64,000 nt of DNA from Candidatus Poseidoniales archaeon (lineage in GTDB: Archaea > Thermoplasmatota > Poseidoniia > Poseidoniales > Poseidoniaceae): NCBI GenBank assembly GCA_003602575.1, contig QQRY01000055.1, positions 10,395 to 74,394 of the forward strand, read 5' to 3'. The position numbers and the translations under genes were made by a program. The notes beneath the pieces were generated by a model. It saw only the letters and a list, made by a program, of their open reading frames with translations, ran no database searches and was not told where the DNA came from. Below, one piece after another: positions 47,801-55,915 of the stretch; the first letter of the stretch is position 1, and each line of letters opens with the position of its first letter.

Positions 47801-49819
47801 ATCTCTCCCGTGATTTGCTTTGCGAAGATGCGCTAATCTTACTTCGGATTGTTCTATTTGGTTTATTGATTTTATGAACTCAACAGTTCTACGCATAACA
47901 GTTACTTCTGCTTGTCTAAAACGGTAGATACTCTGTTTCATATCTCCTACAATGCAAACTGTAGGATCCCATGGACCAAGAGGTCTTTCAGGGTCATCGC
48001 TAAGTTTTCCTCTGCGCCCCCAAAGTCTGGATAATAAACGGAAATGAGCGGGATTTGTATCTTGATATTCATCTATAATGAAAGCACAAAACCTTCTCCT
48101 CAGAGTTTGAAGAATCGAGAAGCGTTGTTGTAAATCTGCAAGGCATTTAGGATACTCTTGAGCCAAGGTCATAGCAGAAGAAATATGCAAATCTAGCCAT
48201 GGCTCCTCGTCTAGACTATCAAGTGCTTCTACAACTTTTTGGGGATATTCAAAGCGAACTGAATCTGGACATCTTGCCAACAGTAAATCGGCTGCTAAGC
48301 GCTGTACGTCATCAAAATCATGTACTCCTTCATTGACCTTTTTCAGAGTAATAATCTCTTGACAACCTCTGTGTACAATCAATAAATCTGCTAAAACTTT
48401 AGTCTGCTGCTTATCGGTTATTCGTAGTTTACCACTCGGAGCAATATCGGTTAACTCATCATCCAAAGGATGCGCGCGTAATGGGCAGTCATAATCCATG
48501 AAATTAAGATTAAACATAGGGCTGAATAAGAAAGAACTTCGTCCTAATAACCTGACTAAACGTCCATCTTGACTGCGAAGTAATTTATTCATCGACGCAC
48601 CGTGTTTTGCTAAATTAGATGCTACAGAGTCCTTCGTAGTTCCTGGAATACCTCTAACTTTACTCTTAGGGAAAAGACCTGGCATCCATTCATTACAATG
48701 GTTAGGTTGAGGTAAAACGCCTTTCGGGAAAAATGTCATCTCGTCTTTGATTAATGATGAATAAGATGCTGCAGCAAAAGACACCATCCAAACCCATTGT
48801 AACTTTTCTGCTTTGGAATTTGGATAAGTATGACGAACTAATTCCACAAGGTGATTGAAGCGAGTATTGCGGGTGCCTTGTTTAACTTCACAAGCGCCAA
48901 CAAATGCCGTAGAATGCAATAATGCCTCGTCAACCCACTTATTCAAATGTCCATGTAATTTATCTGCAAAAGAGTCGATGATTCCTTCCGCAGGCTCCAA
49001 TAACATTCCAGAAATGACCTCTGGATTTATCGGTTCTACGCCATCCCAGTTGAGTCCTCTTTGAGTAATTCTTTTCTTTATTGCGCGTTTTGATTCCTCC
49101 ACAAATAGTGAAGTGTTTAACATGCCCGTAAGTATGACTTCTGCTCTAGCTTGGCCGCCAACCAAGATTGCCAGTCTATTTCTTGCAGCAATAAATTCGC
49201 TGGTATCTCCTCTGACTCCAGCCTCTCTAGCATCGTTAGGCGTCCTTATTCTCCATGCGGAACGGATTGTTTCCTTGACCAACAGAGGTGAACGAACCTC
49301 AGATATCTGTTCTCTTGTTGGGTTGATTGCAACTATGTCTAAATGAGGAGATAATAACTGTGAAAGAAAAGCATCTATGGTTGAAATCGGAGCTTCGTCG
49401 AGTCCTGAAAGAAGCATCTCTAAATCGCCAGAGCGATGGATTCTTGGATCGAAAATTCCTTTTTCTCCATTAGCGACCGGCGTTGAACGGGTCAAAGCAA
49501 GTCTAGTTCTAATTCTTGATTTCAATTCTGCTGCAGCCTTCTTAGTAAATGTAATCGCAACTATCTCATTTGGTAATAGGCCTGGCCAACTCTTCAAATC
49601 AGTTCGCTCCCTAGCCGGTGCTCTTAATGCTCCATGCCCTTCCAATGGTTCTCTAGGACCGTTTGGAAGTAAAATTGTAGCCCGTTGCTCAGCAGAGATT
49701 AAATGTTGAACATAACGTTCCGCCATGACTGCTGTTTTACCCGTACCAGCACCTGCATCCAAAGCGATGTGTTTGTCCAAATCCAATCCAAGAATTTGGC
49801 TATTGTTGAATGGAATCAT
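44846..49819 (-). CDS. AddA-like UvrD/Rep (SF1) helicase fused to a C-terminal PD-(D/E)XK (RecB-type) nuclease, 1657 aa
   Basis: Helicase motifs are I DAGAGTGKT, Ia AITFTKKAAAELKSRI, II FIIDEYQDTN, III IVGDMKQSIYRFRQA, IV SNHRT, V TIHGAKGLQSKVVVV and VI FYVALTRVKDRLIVV. Nuclease motifs are GTIMHRLLE, GRADLV, ISDLKT and LQLTLYS. Cysteines flank the nuclease: FQCPRRHW and CMKCPFNRGDIKLC. Confidence 0.85.
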   Translation of the reverse strand: MIPFNNSQILGLDLDKHIALDAGAGTGKTAVMAERYVQHLISAEQRATILLPNGPREPLEGHGALRAPARERTDLKSWPGLLPNEIVAITFTKKAAAELKSRIRTRLALTRSTPVANGEKGIFDPRIHRSGDLEMLLSGLDEAPISTIDAFLSQLLSPHLDIVAINPTREQISEVRSPLLVKETIRSAWRIRTPNDAREAGVRGDTSEFIAARNRLAILVGGQARAEVILTGMLNTSLFVEESKRAIKKRITQRGLNWDGVEPINPEVISGMLLEPAEGIIDSFADKLHGHLNKWVDEALLHSTAFVGACEVKQGTRNTRFNHLVELVRHTYPNSKAEKLQWVWMVSFAAASYSSLIKDEMTFFPKGVLPQPNHCNEWMPGLFPKSKVRGIPGTTKDSVASNLAKHGASMNKLLRSQDGRLVRLLGRSSFLFSPMFNLNFMDYDCPLRAHPLDDELTDIAPSGKLRITDKQQTKVLADLLIVHRGCQEIITLKKVNEGVHDFDDVQRLAADLLLARCPDSVRFEYPQKVVEALDSLDEEPWLDLHISSAMTLAQEYPKCLADLQQRFSILQTLRRRFCAFIIDEYQDTNPAHFRLLSRLWGRRGKLSDDPERPLGPWDPTVCIVGDMKQSIYRFRQAEVTVMRRTVEFIKSINQIEQSEVRLAHLRKANHGRDPRPVGAGGEIGSFSNQHSSTGPKQESKPWDHVCAEFEDSPKGKKTYVQVSPERLNRRIHGHIDLTSNHRTLHNLMRTMNGIFDDVFDSRHYTLPGDWHAEAQELKPARDDQNLGVLEWLIPLQTVTKIPSLDLNSISPVFANPNAKNIHLEHELIALRLHSLLANRNTKLWDSNSSSFTEIDCESSNIQPKDITILVHSRKHIPDLLQRLELKGIPVISDRQGELLQRPVVRTLMAVLHLVAYPSSKFAAVSFARSPILGLSDGQIHDIFSSKNTADNWWPVLHENAPTKRSKTLVKHIASLVTKGALHQVLDIVLDHSDLLIAYPDDTSRQNAELWCGLVYNIGSEYGHEPTEIYSHLKSLQGLGNKGPQAITIPSGGAVRIMTIHGAKGLQSKVVVVAGMFHAGKSDSSLAARNNVLVTPEIVSGRINPWASRDRPYDGLWEFAKNMDGAQRQAERRREFYVALTRVKDRLIVVGSPNTTSSLEESTNNLFFKSKPSMKTMGAMWMDGLRSLSYKNKVEDSPWLLPNDDFNKPLESYSETNVSINPYSLFKNSMFGGKNIESIRIYHSPECFDTISEQTPLNSWKNIEKIASALIGNPPIMEAKDSTNLIVQHGIRMSAHGLDSTFQCPRRHWLTEIKGWIPEPFYLRNTNDIVRDDSEKFASPTLFGTIMHRLLEVGLKNPSQVNSPPTLPLPESWKHKNDNRLGDEKTVEEVLLEEGFTNSGTSRENKRTSLLKHRLTHLSKLVDKGLIGRYAQGEKHHNRIPEGLRTELPFFYQNIVKMNDVYRMGFTIDGPSKIANVGQVEISFDGRADLVLAFRDTDGQGYLQISDLKTTDCRSNFNPIDANAGAPLQIVKGDLLDIYPQTEAEKEILHEHRLQLTLYSMALEAIESDKPVEERRKILPPSILIGASGRSVELTEKQYLDAKNDLQNHLDWIAQLAAEPESVPEPERLQGADKISCMKCPFNRGDIKLCGPKKDPED

Positions 49820-52800
49820 TTCTCATCACCGCCTAATTCTGCAGATGGGCACATTACTCTAACAGAACAATAAGAGCATTGTTTACCAGGCATAGGTTGT
49901 GTAAAACCTGAATCAGCGTGCATAATTACTCTTGCGACAGTTCTTAATCTCTCATCCAGCCAATCTCTAAAACCATTTATAATTGATTTTTCAGTCAATT
50001 TTAATGGCCGATAATGAAGCGATGTATAGTATGTCTCAACCCCTAATTCGGCATTTGATAGATACTTCGACAAGGTGTGATCAAGTTCAACGTAATGTGT
50101 TGTAGTTTCTCCAATCTCACTTATCCCAACACCAACCACCCTATCCCCTGGATTGGAACTTTCCCATGCCTTTGCATAAAGTGCCAACTGAAGTTCATCA
50201 AAAATACCCCTTCTATGGCGATTTCCTTTATCTGATTCTTTAGGCCCTTCCAAGCTTTTGAGATCTCTAATGATGACCCATCTTTGGTGATTTGAATCTT
50301 CCTCGGATAGTACTCCATCCTTAATCGCTTCCTTTTTCATGTCCTCATCTAGTATAACACAGTCCACTCTATCTATACGTCCAAATAAATCGAAACTGAA
50401 TTTACTTCCATCATCGGATTGGACTTCTATGCTTAGACTTTTTTTACCCTTTTGTGATAGTTCCCATTCACAAGCGATGGGGGCACTGTTTTCTAATTCG
50501 AGATCTGCCTCTAGCATCCTTCCGATTCTCCCTGCTGGAACTAAATCAATTTCCCCGTTGAGATATTGAGACCACATTTCAGAATTTACTCCAAGCATAT
50601 CTCTACATCTATGGTATGCTACTGCATTAGAACGTGAAAGCCAAGATGCGTTTTCTTCAAGGTATTGTAAAGCAGTAATCCATAATTTATCAATATCATT
50701 TAATGGCCCTTGTGAAAGGGGTACTGGGGTATTAGAAGCCTCTCCAGCGATTTCTATTCCATGTTTTTCCAGTATCTCTGCTTCTATATCATGTACCAAT
50801 AAACCTCGAGTTCTATTGTCAATATCTTCCGTCGGCTGCTCTAACTGTGATGCCCCTAAGTGTTTAGAAAGCCACGCTTGTCGAGGACAAGATTGCCAAC
50901 TTTGTATTCTACTAGCAGACCAGACTTTACGTCCAATTTTTTGCCCGGTAGCACCTGTAATTGATTGTAATGCCTTACTCTTCGATTGAAACATAGGCAG
51001 TGGCCTTGGATCTATTGCTGGGCCATTACTTCTCGAACCTTTCATACCTAAATGCGGCCATATTTTACTCTTCTTTGAGCCTTCTTTTACTTGAGATTTT
51101 GTCGGCCTAAGAGTAAGATTGTCAACGCTTACAAGTGAATTTCTAGCACTCCACTCCAAATACTCATGTTTCTCGATATTCTTATGGCTAGGTTGTCTTT
51201 TCATTCGGTCGTTAAATATTGTAAATTCGTGAGCATAGGCCAAATTATTAATCGAGATTGGGGCGATTTCTGGCTTATCTCCATTTGATAATTTCAAGCC
51301 AGCTCTTTGCCTAAAATCGCGACCCCTAGAACCCGAACGATGCCCTACTGCGCCGTGTGCCCCCATGGACATTGAATACGGCCTAGGAGTCAACCATATC
51401 TCTTCTTTTTCTTCTTCTGAAGAACATAAATTCCATGGCCTATCCAGCCAGCCTTCCTGATATGATTCAATAGGTATGAAGGAGGGGATTTTGCTAAGTA
51501 GTTGATAAGTACCCATACGTTTCATTTCTTCAAAAAATTCTACTAAAGGCGCGCTTGGACCTGCTGATTCATCTAGGCTGCTATCTAGAATTACCACTTC
51601 TTGTCCAGCATTAATTAGATGTTTTAATTGGTGTCTGCCTCTACGTATTTCTTTATCGGAATTCAATATTCCGAGTTGTAATCTAGATTCGGAATCTAAC
51701 CATGGCGTCTTAGACGATTTCATAGACCATGAATCGACATCTAGGCCAGCTAAAATTATCAAATCACATTCCAATCCAAATGCTTCATTAGGATTTAATA
51801 TAGTTATATTTTTTGACTTGATTCGGGAATTGGTCAATTTTGTATTATCGGTAATTCTCATAATATGCTTGATAAAATCTTGACCGGTTTTCGGTACATT
51901 GAAATCTAATTCAATTAAAGAAGAAAATAATCTGTGGTGCTCTTCGTTCAAGGTTTGTAAAGCAGATATAGAATTTGAAAATGCAGCGTCTGATAGGGCC
52001 AATACATTCCAATCTATTGACCTAAAAATTAAATTTAGCCATTCTGTGCCATCCTTTATACTTTCAATAGTTGGTAATTTTACACCTGAAGAACATCCAA
52101 TAATAGGTGTATTTGATACACTCATGGCATCTTCATACAACGGCGACCACACCTTTACGATATTGGCAAACCACCACAGAGTTTCTTCTAATTTCCGACT
52201 CATAGTGTCTATGTCATCACCCAAAATTGGAGTAGCGCTTTCCAGGGTTTTAATCCAGCGAATTAATGCCCCGGGGCCGCCAAGAACATGGAAACTTCGT
52301 GAAATATTCTCAAGTACATCTAAGTGTGCTTTTGGTTTCCATTCCGTGTTTTTGGGATGAACTAGATTAGAAAAATTTTCAAAATTTAGTGGCAGTCCAT
52401 TATTCTCGATAATTCTACGAAATTTCTCAAATGACCATGCCTCAAGGCCTTCCCCAACTTGCAATAAATTAGTAAGGCCGGATATAGAAGGTTGCTCATG
52501 CATTTTTGGAGGGCCAAAATTGGTTACTATTCCAATTTCGTTAAGCCGGCTTGACCAAATACGACGATTTGAATCAACTGCAGCATCTATGATCAATATA
52601 TTCTTGTTGTTATGTTCAAGATATGATGCTACCAATTCTAATGTAGCATCAATATTGTGTTCTTTTCTTTCTAAGGAGACTCTATGGATGGTGGTTTTCT
52701 TATTTATTCCAACTGGAGAAACCCAATTGGTATTTTTTGGATAATTCCAGACCTCATGCTTTGGTAACCAAATAGGCAATGATTCTACATCTGTCCAATC

Positions 52801-53544
52801 TATATCCTCGACATAAGCTCCATGAAACCCTAATCGAAATGAGCCTGGATTGCATAATTGGTGTATTGGTGTAATCTTCGAGATAGAAATGAGCAATTCT
52901 CTATCCATTTCACTAAATTCTGGAGGGTGATTTAATACAATAATTCCTTCTATACTCTTTAGTGAAAACGGAATTTCTAAATTAGATATGGCTTCCTTAA
53001 TCCTGGTATGTAGATGAGTTTTCATTAGATCAGGATGAGTTTTTTTAGTTCTTTTCTCCATCTCTAATAGTAAATTTCTATACTCCTTCACTCCTGGGTC
53101 ATTGTCCCACTTCCAAGGTGATTTTATTTGGCTAAGTTCTCTATGTAATTGTTGTAATCTCTGGGTTTTATACTCAGACCATTGCTTATCCTTATATGGC
53201 GAAAACATCAATGGAAAATTACCCTTTTGCGCATGTTCCTGTACCATGTCATGAGTCAAAGAAAACAATAGTGCGTCTTGGTCCATCAAGTTTGGAAGTC
53301 GGAAATCAAGAAATAGTGCATTAAATAGACGTTCGATTGTCAAATGCTTGGATGTATCAATAGATGATTTGATCTGAGAAAGTTCACTTAATGTTGCTTT
53401 CCTTGCCCTCTCGCTTGGATGTAATATCAATAGATTTGTTGGCTCTTGTGATACTAAATCTCGATGTAGCCAATCAGGCATATTTTGTCCGCTTGGAGTT
53501 GCTTCAATGGAGATATTGTCGCTCAAAATATTACCATCAGACAT
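49816..53544 (-). CDS. AddB-like subunit with a degenerate helicase-like N-terminus lacking a Walker A and a C-terminal Cas4/AddB-type PD-(D/E)XK nuclease with 4-Cys motif, about 1242 aa
   Basis: Nuclease and iron-staple pattern: SWQSCPRQAW, LLVHDIEAE, GRIDRVD, IRDLKS, LQLALYAKAW and CSYCSVRVMC (C-x2-C-x5-C). No GxGKT is present anywhere in the protein. The ORF-track start at 53583 is GTG. The ATG at 53544 is preceded by GGAGGTGAG. Its stop overlaps the AddA-like start (ATGA). Confidence 0.8.
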   Translation of the reverse strand: MSDGNILSDNISIEATPSGQNMPDWLHRDLVSQEPTNLLILHPSERARKATLSELSQIKSSIDTSKHLTIERLFNALFLDFRLPNLMDQDALLFSLTHDMVQEHAQKGNFPLMFSPYKDKQWSEYKTQRLQQLHRELSQIKSPWKWDNDPGVKEYRNLLLEMEKRTKKTHPDLMKTHLHTRIKEAISNLEIPFSLKSIEGIIVLNHPPEFSEMDRELLISISKITPIHQLCNPGSFRLGFHGAYVEDIDWTDVESLPIWLPKHEVWNYPKNTNWVSPVGINKKTTIHRVSLERKEHNIDATLELVASYLEHNNKNILIIDAAVDSNRRIWSSRLNEIGIVTNFGPPKMHEQPSISGLTNLLQVGEGLEAWSFEKFRRIIENNGLPLNFENFSNLVHPKNTEWKPKAHLDVLENISRSFHVLGGPGALIRWIKTLESATPILGDDIDTMSRKLEETLWWFANIVKVWSPLYEDAMSVSNTPIIGCSSGVKLPTIESIKDGTEWLNLIFRSIDWNVLALSDAAFSNSISALQTLNEEHHRLFSSLIELDFNVPKTGQDFIKHIMRITDNTKLTNSRIKSKNITILNPNEAFGLECDLIILAGLDVDSWSMKSSKTPWLDSESRLQLGILNSDKEIRRGRHQLKHLINAGQEVVILDSSLDESAGPSAPLVEFFEEMKRMGTYQLLSKIPSFIPIESYQEGWLDRPWNLCSSEEEKEEIWLTPRPYSMSMGAHGAVGHRSGSRGRDFRQRAGLKLSNGDKPEIAPISINNLAYAHEFTIFNDRMKRQPSHKNIEKHEYLEWSARNSLVSVDNLTLRPTKSQVKEGSKKSKIWPHLGMKGSRSNGPAIDPRPLPMFQSKSKALQSITGATGQKIGRKVWSASRIQSWQSCPRQAWLSKHLGASQLEQPTEDIDNRTRGLLVHDIEAEILEKHGIEIAGEASNTPVPLSQGPLNDIDKLWITALQYLEENASWLSRSNAVAYHRCRDMLGVNSEMWSQYLNGEIDLVPAGRIGRMLEADLELENSAPIACEWELSQKGKKSLSIEVQSDDGSKFSFDLFGRIDRVDCVILDEDMKKEAIKDGVLSEEDSNHQRWVIIRDLKSLEGPKESDKGNRHRRGIFDELQLALYAKAWESSNPGDRVVGVGISEIGETTTHYVELDHTLSKYLSNAELGVETYYTSLHYRPLKLTEKSIINGFRDWLDERLRTVARVIMHADSGFTQPMPGKQCSYCSVRVMCPSAELGGDEK

Positions 53545-53860
53545 TAACTCACCTCCCTCGACTATTGATACAGATGCCGACACTTATTGAAGGCTTTTCT
53601 AAATAACATCGATAATCTAAATCATGTTGTTATTCTTTATATATTGTCGAATTTGATGATGTTCATGAACTCCAATAAGAATCATTCATGTTTGGGATTA
53701 TTATGGGATTTTATACCAAAGTTTTATCAACTTGGTCGAACACATATTAACTCCTGCGCTGGCAAAGGCTCCTACATACCGCATTTATTACAACGTACTT
53801 TCGTTGCGGTTTGGCAAAGAGTAGGCTTGTCGTCGTATAACAAGATTGAGGCATGATAGT
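53545..53860. promoter_or_regulatory. Largest intergenic region in the window, a divergent promoter region between the addB-like and TFB-like genes
   Basis: AT-rich sequence with TATA-like elements TTTATATATT (53636-53645) and TATAA (53836-53840). The second lies about 23 nt upstream of the ATG at 53861, implying a leaderless or near-leaderless mRNA. An imperfect nested hairpin ACCG..CAACG-TACTTT-CGTTG-CGGT lies at about 53777-53810. Confidence 0.4.
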
Positions 53861-54979
53861 ATGGAAAATAATAAGAAAACAACAAGAAAAGAAGATAAAT
53901 GCGATAATTGTGGATGTTTAGATTGGGATTATGATTCTAAACTGGGTGAGAAAGCATGCTCCAGTTGTGGGCTAGTAGACTCAGACTATTCCCCGATAGA
54001 AGGCGTATCAGATAGCATTACCCAAGGTGCAGAACGACAAACTGAACGTGTTAGTCGTGGCAGTAAACCCGGTACAAGCGGTGCTAGAATTTTGCCTGGC
54101 GACCTAAGAGGTGTCAAGAATCCTGGATTCTGGAAATATGAGAAAAGAAAATATGATTCTTTTAGAGAAAAGCACCCTTTCTGCAAGAAGGTTCACGCTT
54201 TAATCGAAGCACGCTATGGTAAGAATGTAAGAGATGTCGTTTATGACATCACTGAAATGGCTTGCACTCCACTTACGCCCGAGCAGGAAAAGGAACGTTC
54301 GCAATTGGATGACAAGGGAATCAAGAAAGCATTGTCGATGCCTAAGCAAGTCATATGTCGCCAGAAAAAAGGCATCAAAGGTGAAAGTGAGCATCAGAAT
54401 GCCGTAATTATTGCTGCTGCAATTGTCGAGTTAGCAGGAGAGTTAGGTATCTTGACTAAATTCGATAGAAGGCGTGCTCTGAAAAATGATGGTGTGACTG
54501 CTAAACAAATTGCTAAAGCAAGAATTATTGTCCTTAACCATTGGAAAGCTAGGTCTAGAATGGGTTGGTTTTTGCAACCGATACCTAGGAAGAGCCCTGG
54601 CGAGAAGAGGTATGATGACATTTCTCAAGCAATGACTCACGCTGACCAACTACTATTGGAATTCTTGCCCGAACAAGTAGTCGACCAAGTATTGCAAGAT
54701 GTGAACGCTAGAGTACTGGCGTTGGGTGAAGGTGAGAGCGGCGCTACTACCATTAATTCAGAGGCAAAGATGCTTATTGCCACTTTAACATATGCTAGCC
54801 TTACTATGCTTGACTGTGAGAAGGGATTATTGGCAAAGATCGCCAAATGCCTGGATGCAACAGGTAGTGGCGTTAGTTCCAGCCTGAAAAACTTCCAGAT
54901 GAAAGTCAAGAATGGAACTCTAGTAGATAATGGTGCATTTGATACTGATGCAGACTGGTATGATGATGAAGATGAATGA
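53861..54979 (+). CDS. Divergent TFB/TFIIB-like protein with an N-terminal zinc ribbon, two cyclin-like helical repeats and an acidic tail
   Basis: CDNCGCLDWDYDSKLGEKACSSCGLV fits the TFB ribbon (C-x2-C-x15-C-x2-C with GE.vC..CGlV). NAVIIAAAIVELAGELGILTKF...VTAKQIAKARIIV resembles a cyclin-repeat helix pattern. The protein ends in DADWYDDEDE. The ORF-track start at 53846 is TTG. Confidence 0.6.
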   Translation: MENNKKTTRKEDKCDNCGCLDWDYDSKLGEKACSSCGLVDSDYSPIEGVSDSITQGAERQTERVSRGSKPGTSGARILPGDLRGVKNPGFWKYEKRKYDSFREKHPFCKKVHALIEARYGKNVRDVVYDITEMACTPLTPEQEKERSQLDDKGIKKALSMPKQVICRQKKGIKGESEHQNAVIIAAAIVELAGELGILTKFDRRRALKNDGVTAKQIAKARIIVLNHWKARSRMGWFLQPIPRKSPGEKRYDDISQAMTHADQLLLEFLPEQVVDQVLQDVNARVLALGEGESGATTINSEAKMLIATLTYASLTMLDCEKGLLAKIAKCLDATGSGVSSSLKNFQMKVKNGTLVDNGAFDTDADWYDDEDE

Positions 54980-55021
54980 TTGAATCGTTTATTTCAAATC
55001 TCAGGGCCTCTAGCGCTCTAT

Positions 55022-55915
55022 ATGCGCCGTGTTGTAATTGTTTGTTGCCTGCTAGTATTGATCAGTTTCACCGGTACAAGCGGAGTTTCTGCTAAGGCGC
55101 CTGAAGATACCGGCACAGGGCCATTATTTGGTGGACAATGGGCATGGACGAATGATACAAGTTCACAAACCACAACTCTAGATTCACTCCCCTCCATTGC
55201 GGAAGACTATACTGCCACGTGGTGTACTAATTGCGTAAAGGTAGAACACGTTCTAGAAGACTTGGAGAATAATGGAGAGATTAAGAAGTATCATTTCCAT
55301 CGTGCTAACGACCATGAAGACCCATTTGGCTCTGATAATACGGAACAACATTTCGATAGCAGGTATAACGCAGGCGCTCCTCCAATTGTTGTATTCAACG
55401 GAACTCAGAAGCAAATAGGGAGTACTGCTAACGGAGATTCATTAGAAGATGACTATCGCTCTTTAATCGGTCAGTCTTTGAACCTAGGCAGTGGAAATAC
55501 CACACTGTCATGGTCTTCACAAGATGGTGATACAGGTGTTGTTTCTTGGTCCGCTGATCTAAATATGGCACAATTCGAAGAATATGAGATGAGTGTTAAT
55601 GTGTGGTTTGTAGAAGCCTCGGCTGAATTCACAGAAGGATCAAACGGTGAAGAAATATACCCCAGTATTGTGACAAAAATTGTTGAAGTTGGCAATAAAT
55701 CAAGCGGAACTGCGACCGTCAGTATTCCTAATTCTTATGATGGAGATGATATGCAAGTCCACCTAATGTACCACTTTACTCCAATTGAAACTAGTCAAGA
55801 TACAGTCATTGAGGACACAAGTGAAGATAGCGATTCTAGTAGCCTTCCATCTATTTCGGCGGTAATCAGTTTGTCTTGTATTATCGCTGCTGCAATATTC
55901 AAGTGGGATAATTAA
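55022..55915 (+). CDS. Secreted, C-terminally anchored thioredoxin-like protein
   Basis: The ATG at 55022 begins MRRVVIVCCLLVLISFTGTSGVSAKA, a signal peptide. TATWCTNCVKVEHVL contains a WCxxC motif. The C-terminal TM helix is ISAVISLSCIIAAAIF. The ORF-track start at 54980 is TTG. Confidence 0.6.
   Translation: MRRVVIVCCLLVLISFTGTSGVSAKAPEDTGTGPLFGGQWAWTNDTSSQTTTLDSLPSIAEDYTATWCTNCVKVEHVLEDLENNGEIKKYHFHRANDHEDPFGSDNTEQHFDSRYNAGAPPIVVFNGTQKQIGSTANGDSLEDDYRSLIGQSLNLGSGNTTLSWSSQDGDTGVVSWSADLNMAQFEEYEMSVNVWFVEASAEFTEGSNGEEIYPSIVTKIVEVGNKSSGTATVSIPNSYDGDDMQVHLMYHFTPIETSQDTVIEDTSEDSDSSSLPSISAVISLSCIIAAAIFKWDN

Noticed and set aside
53587-53856. 89-aa ORF filling the addB-like / TFB-like intergenic region
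   Set aside because: The region is AT-rich with TATA-like boxes. The ORF has no Shine-Dalgarno sequence and odd composition, and it occupies exactly the expected divergent promoter region. I treat it as non-coding, although a small protein cannot be excluded.
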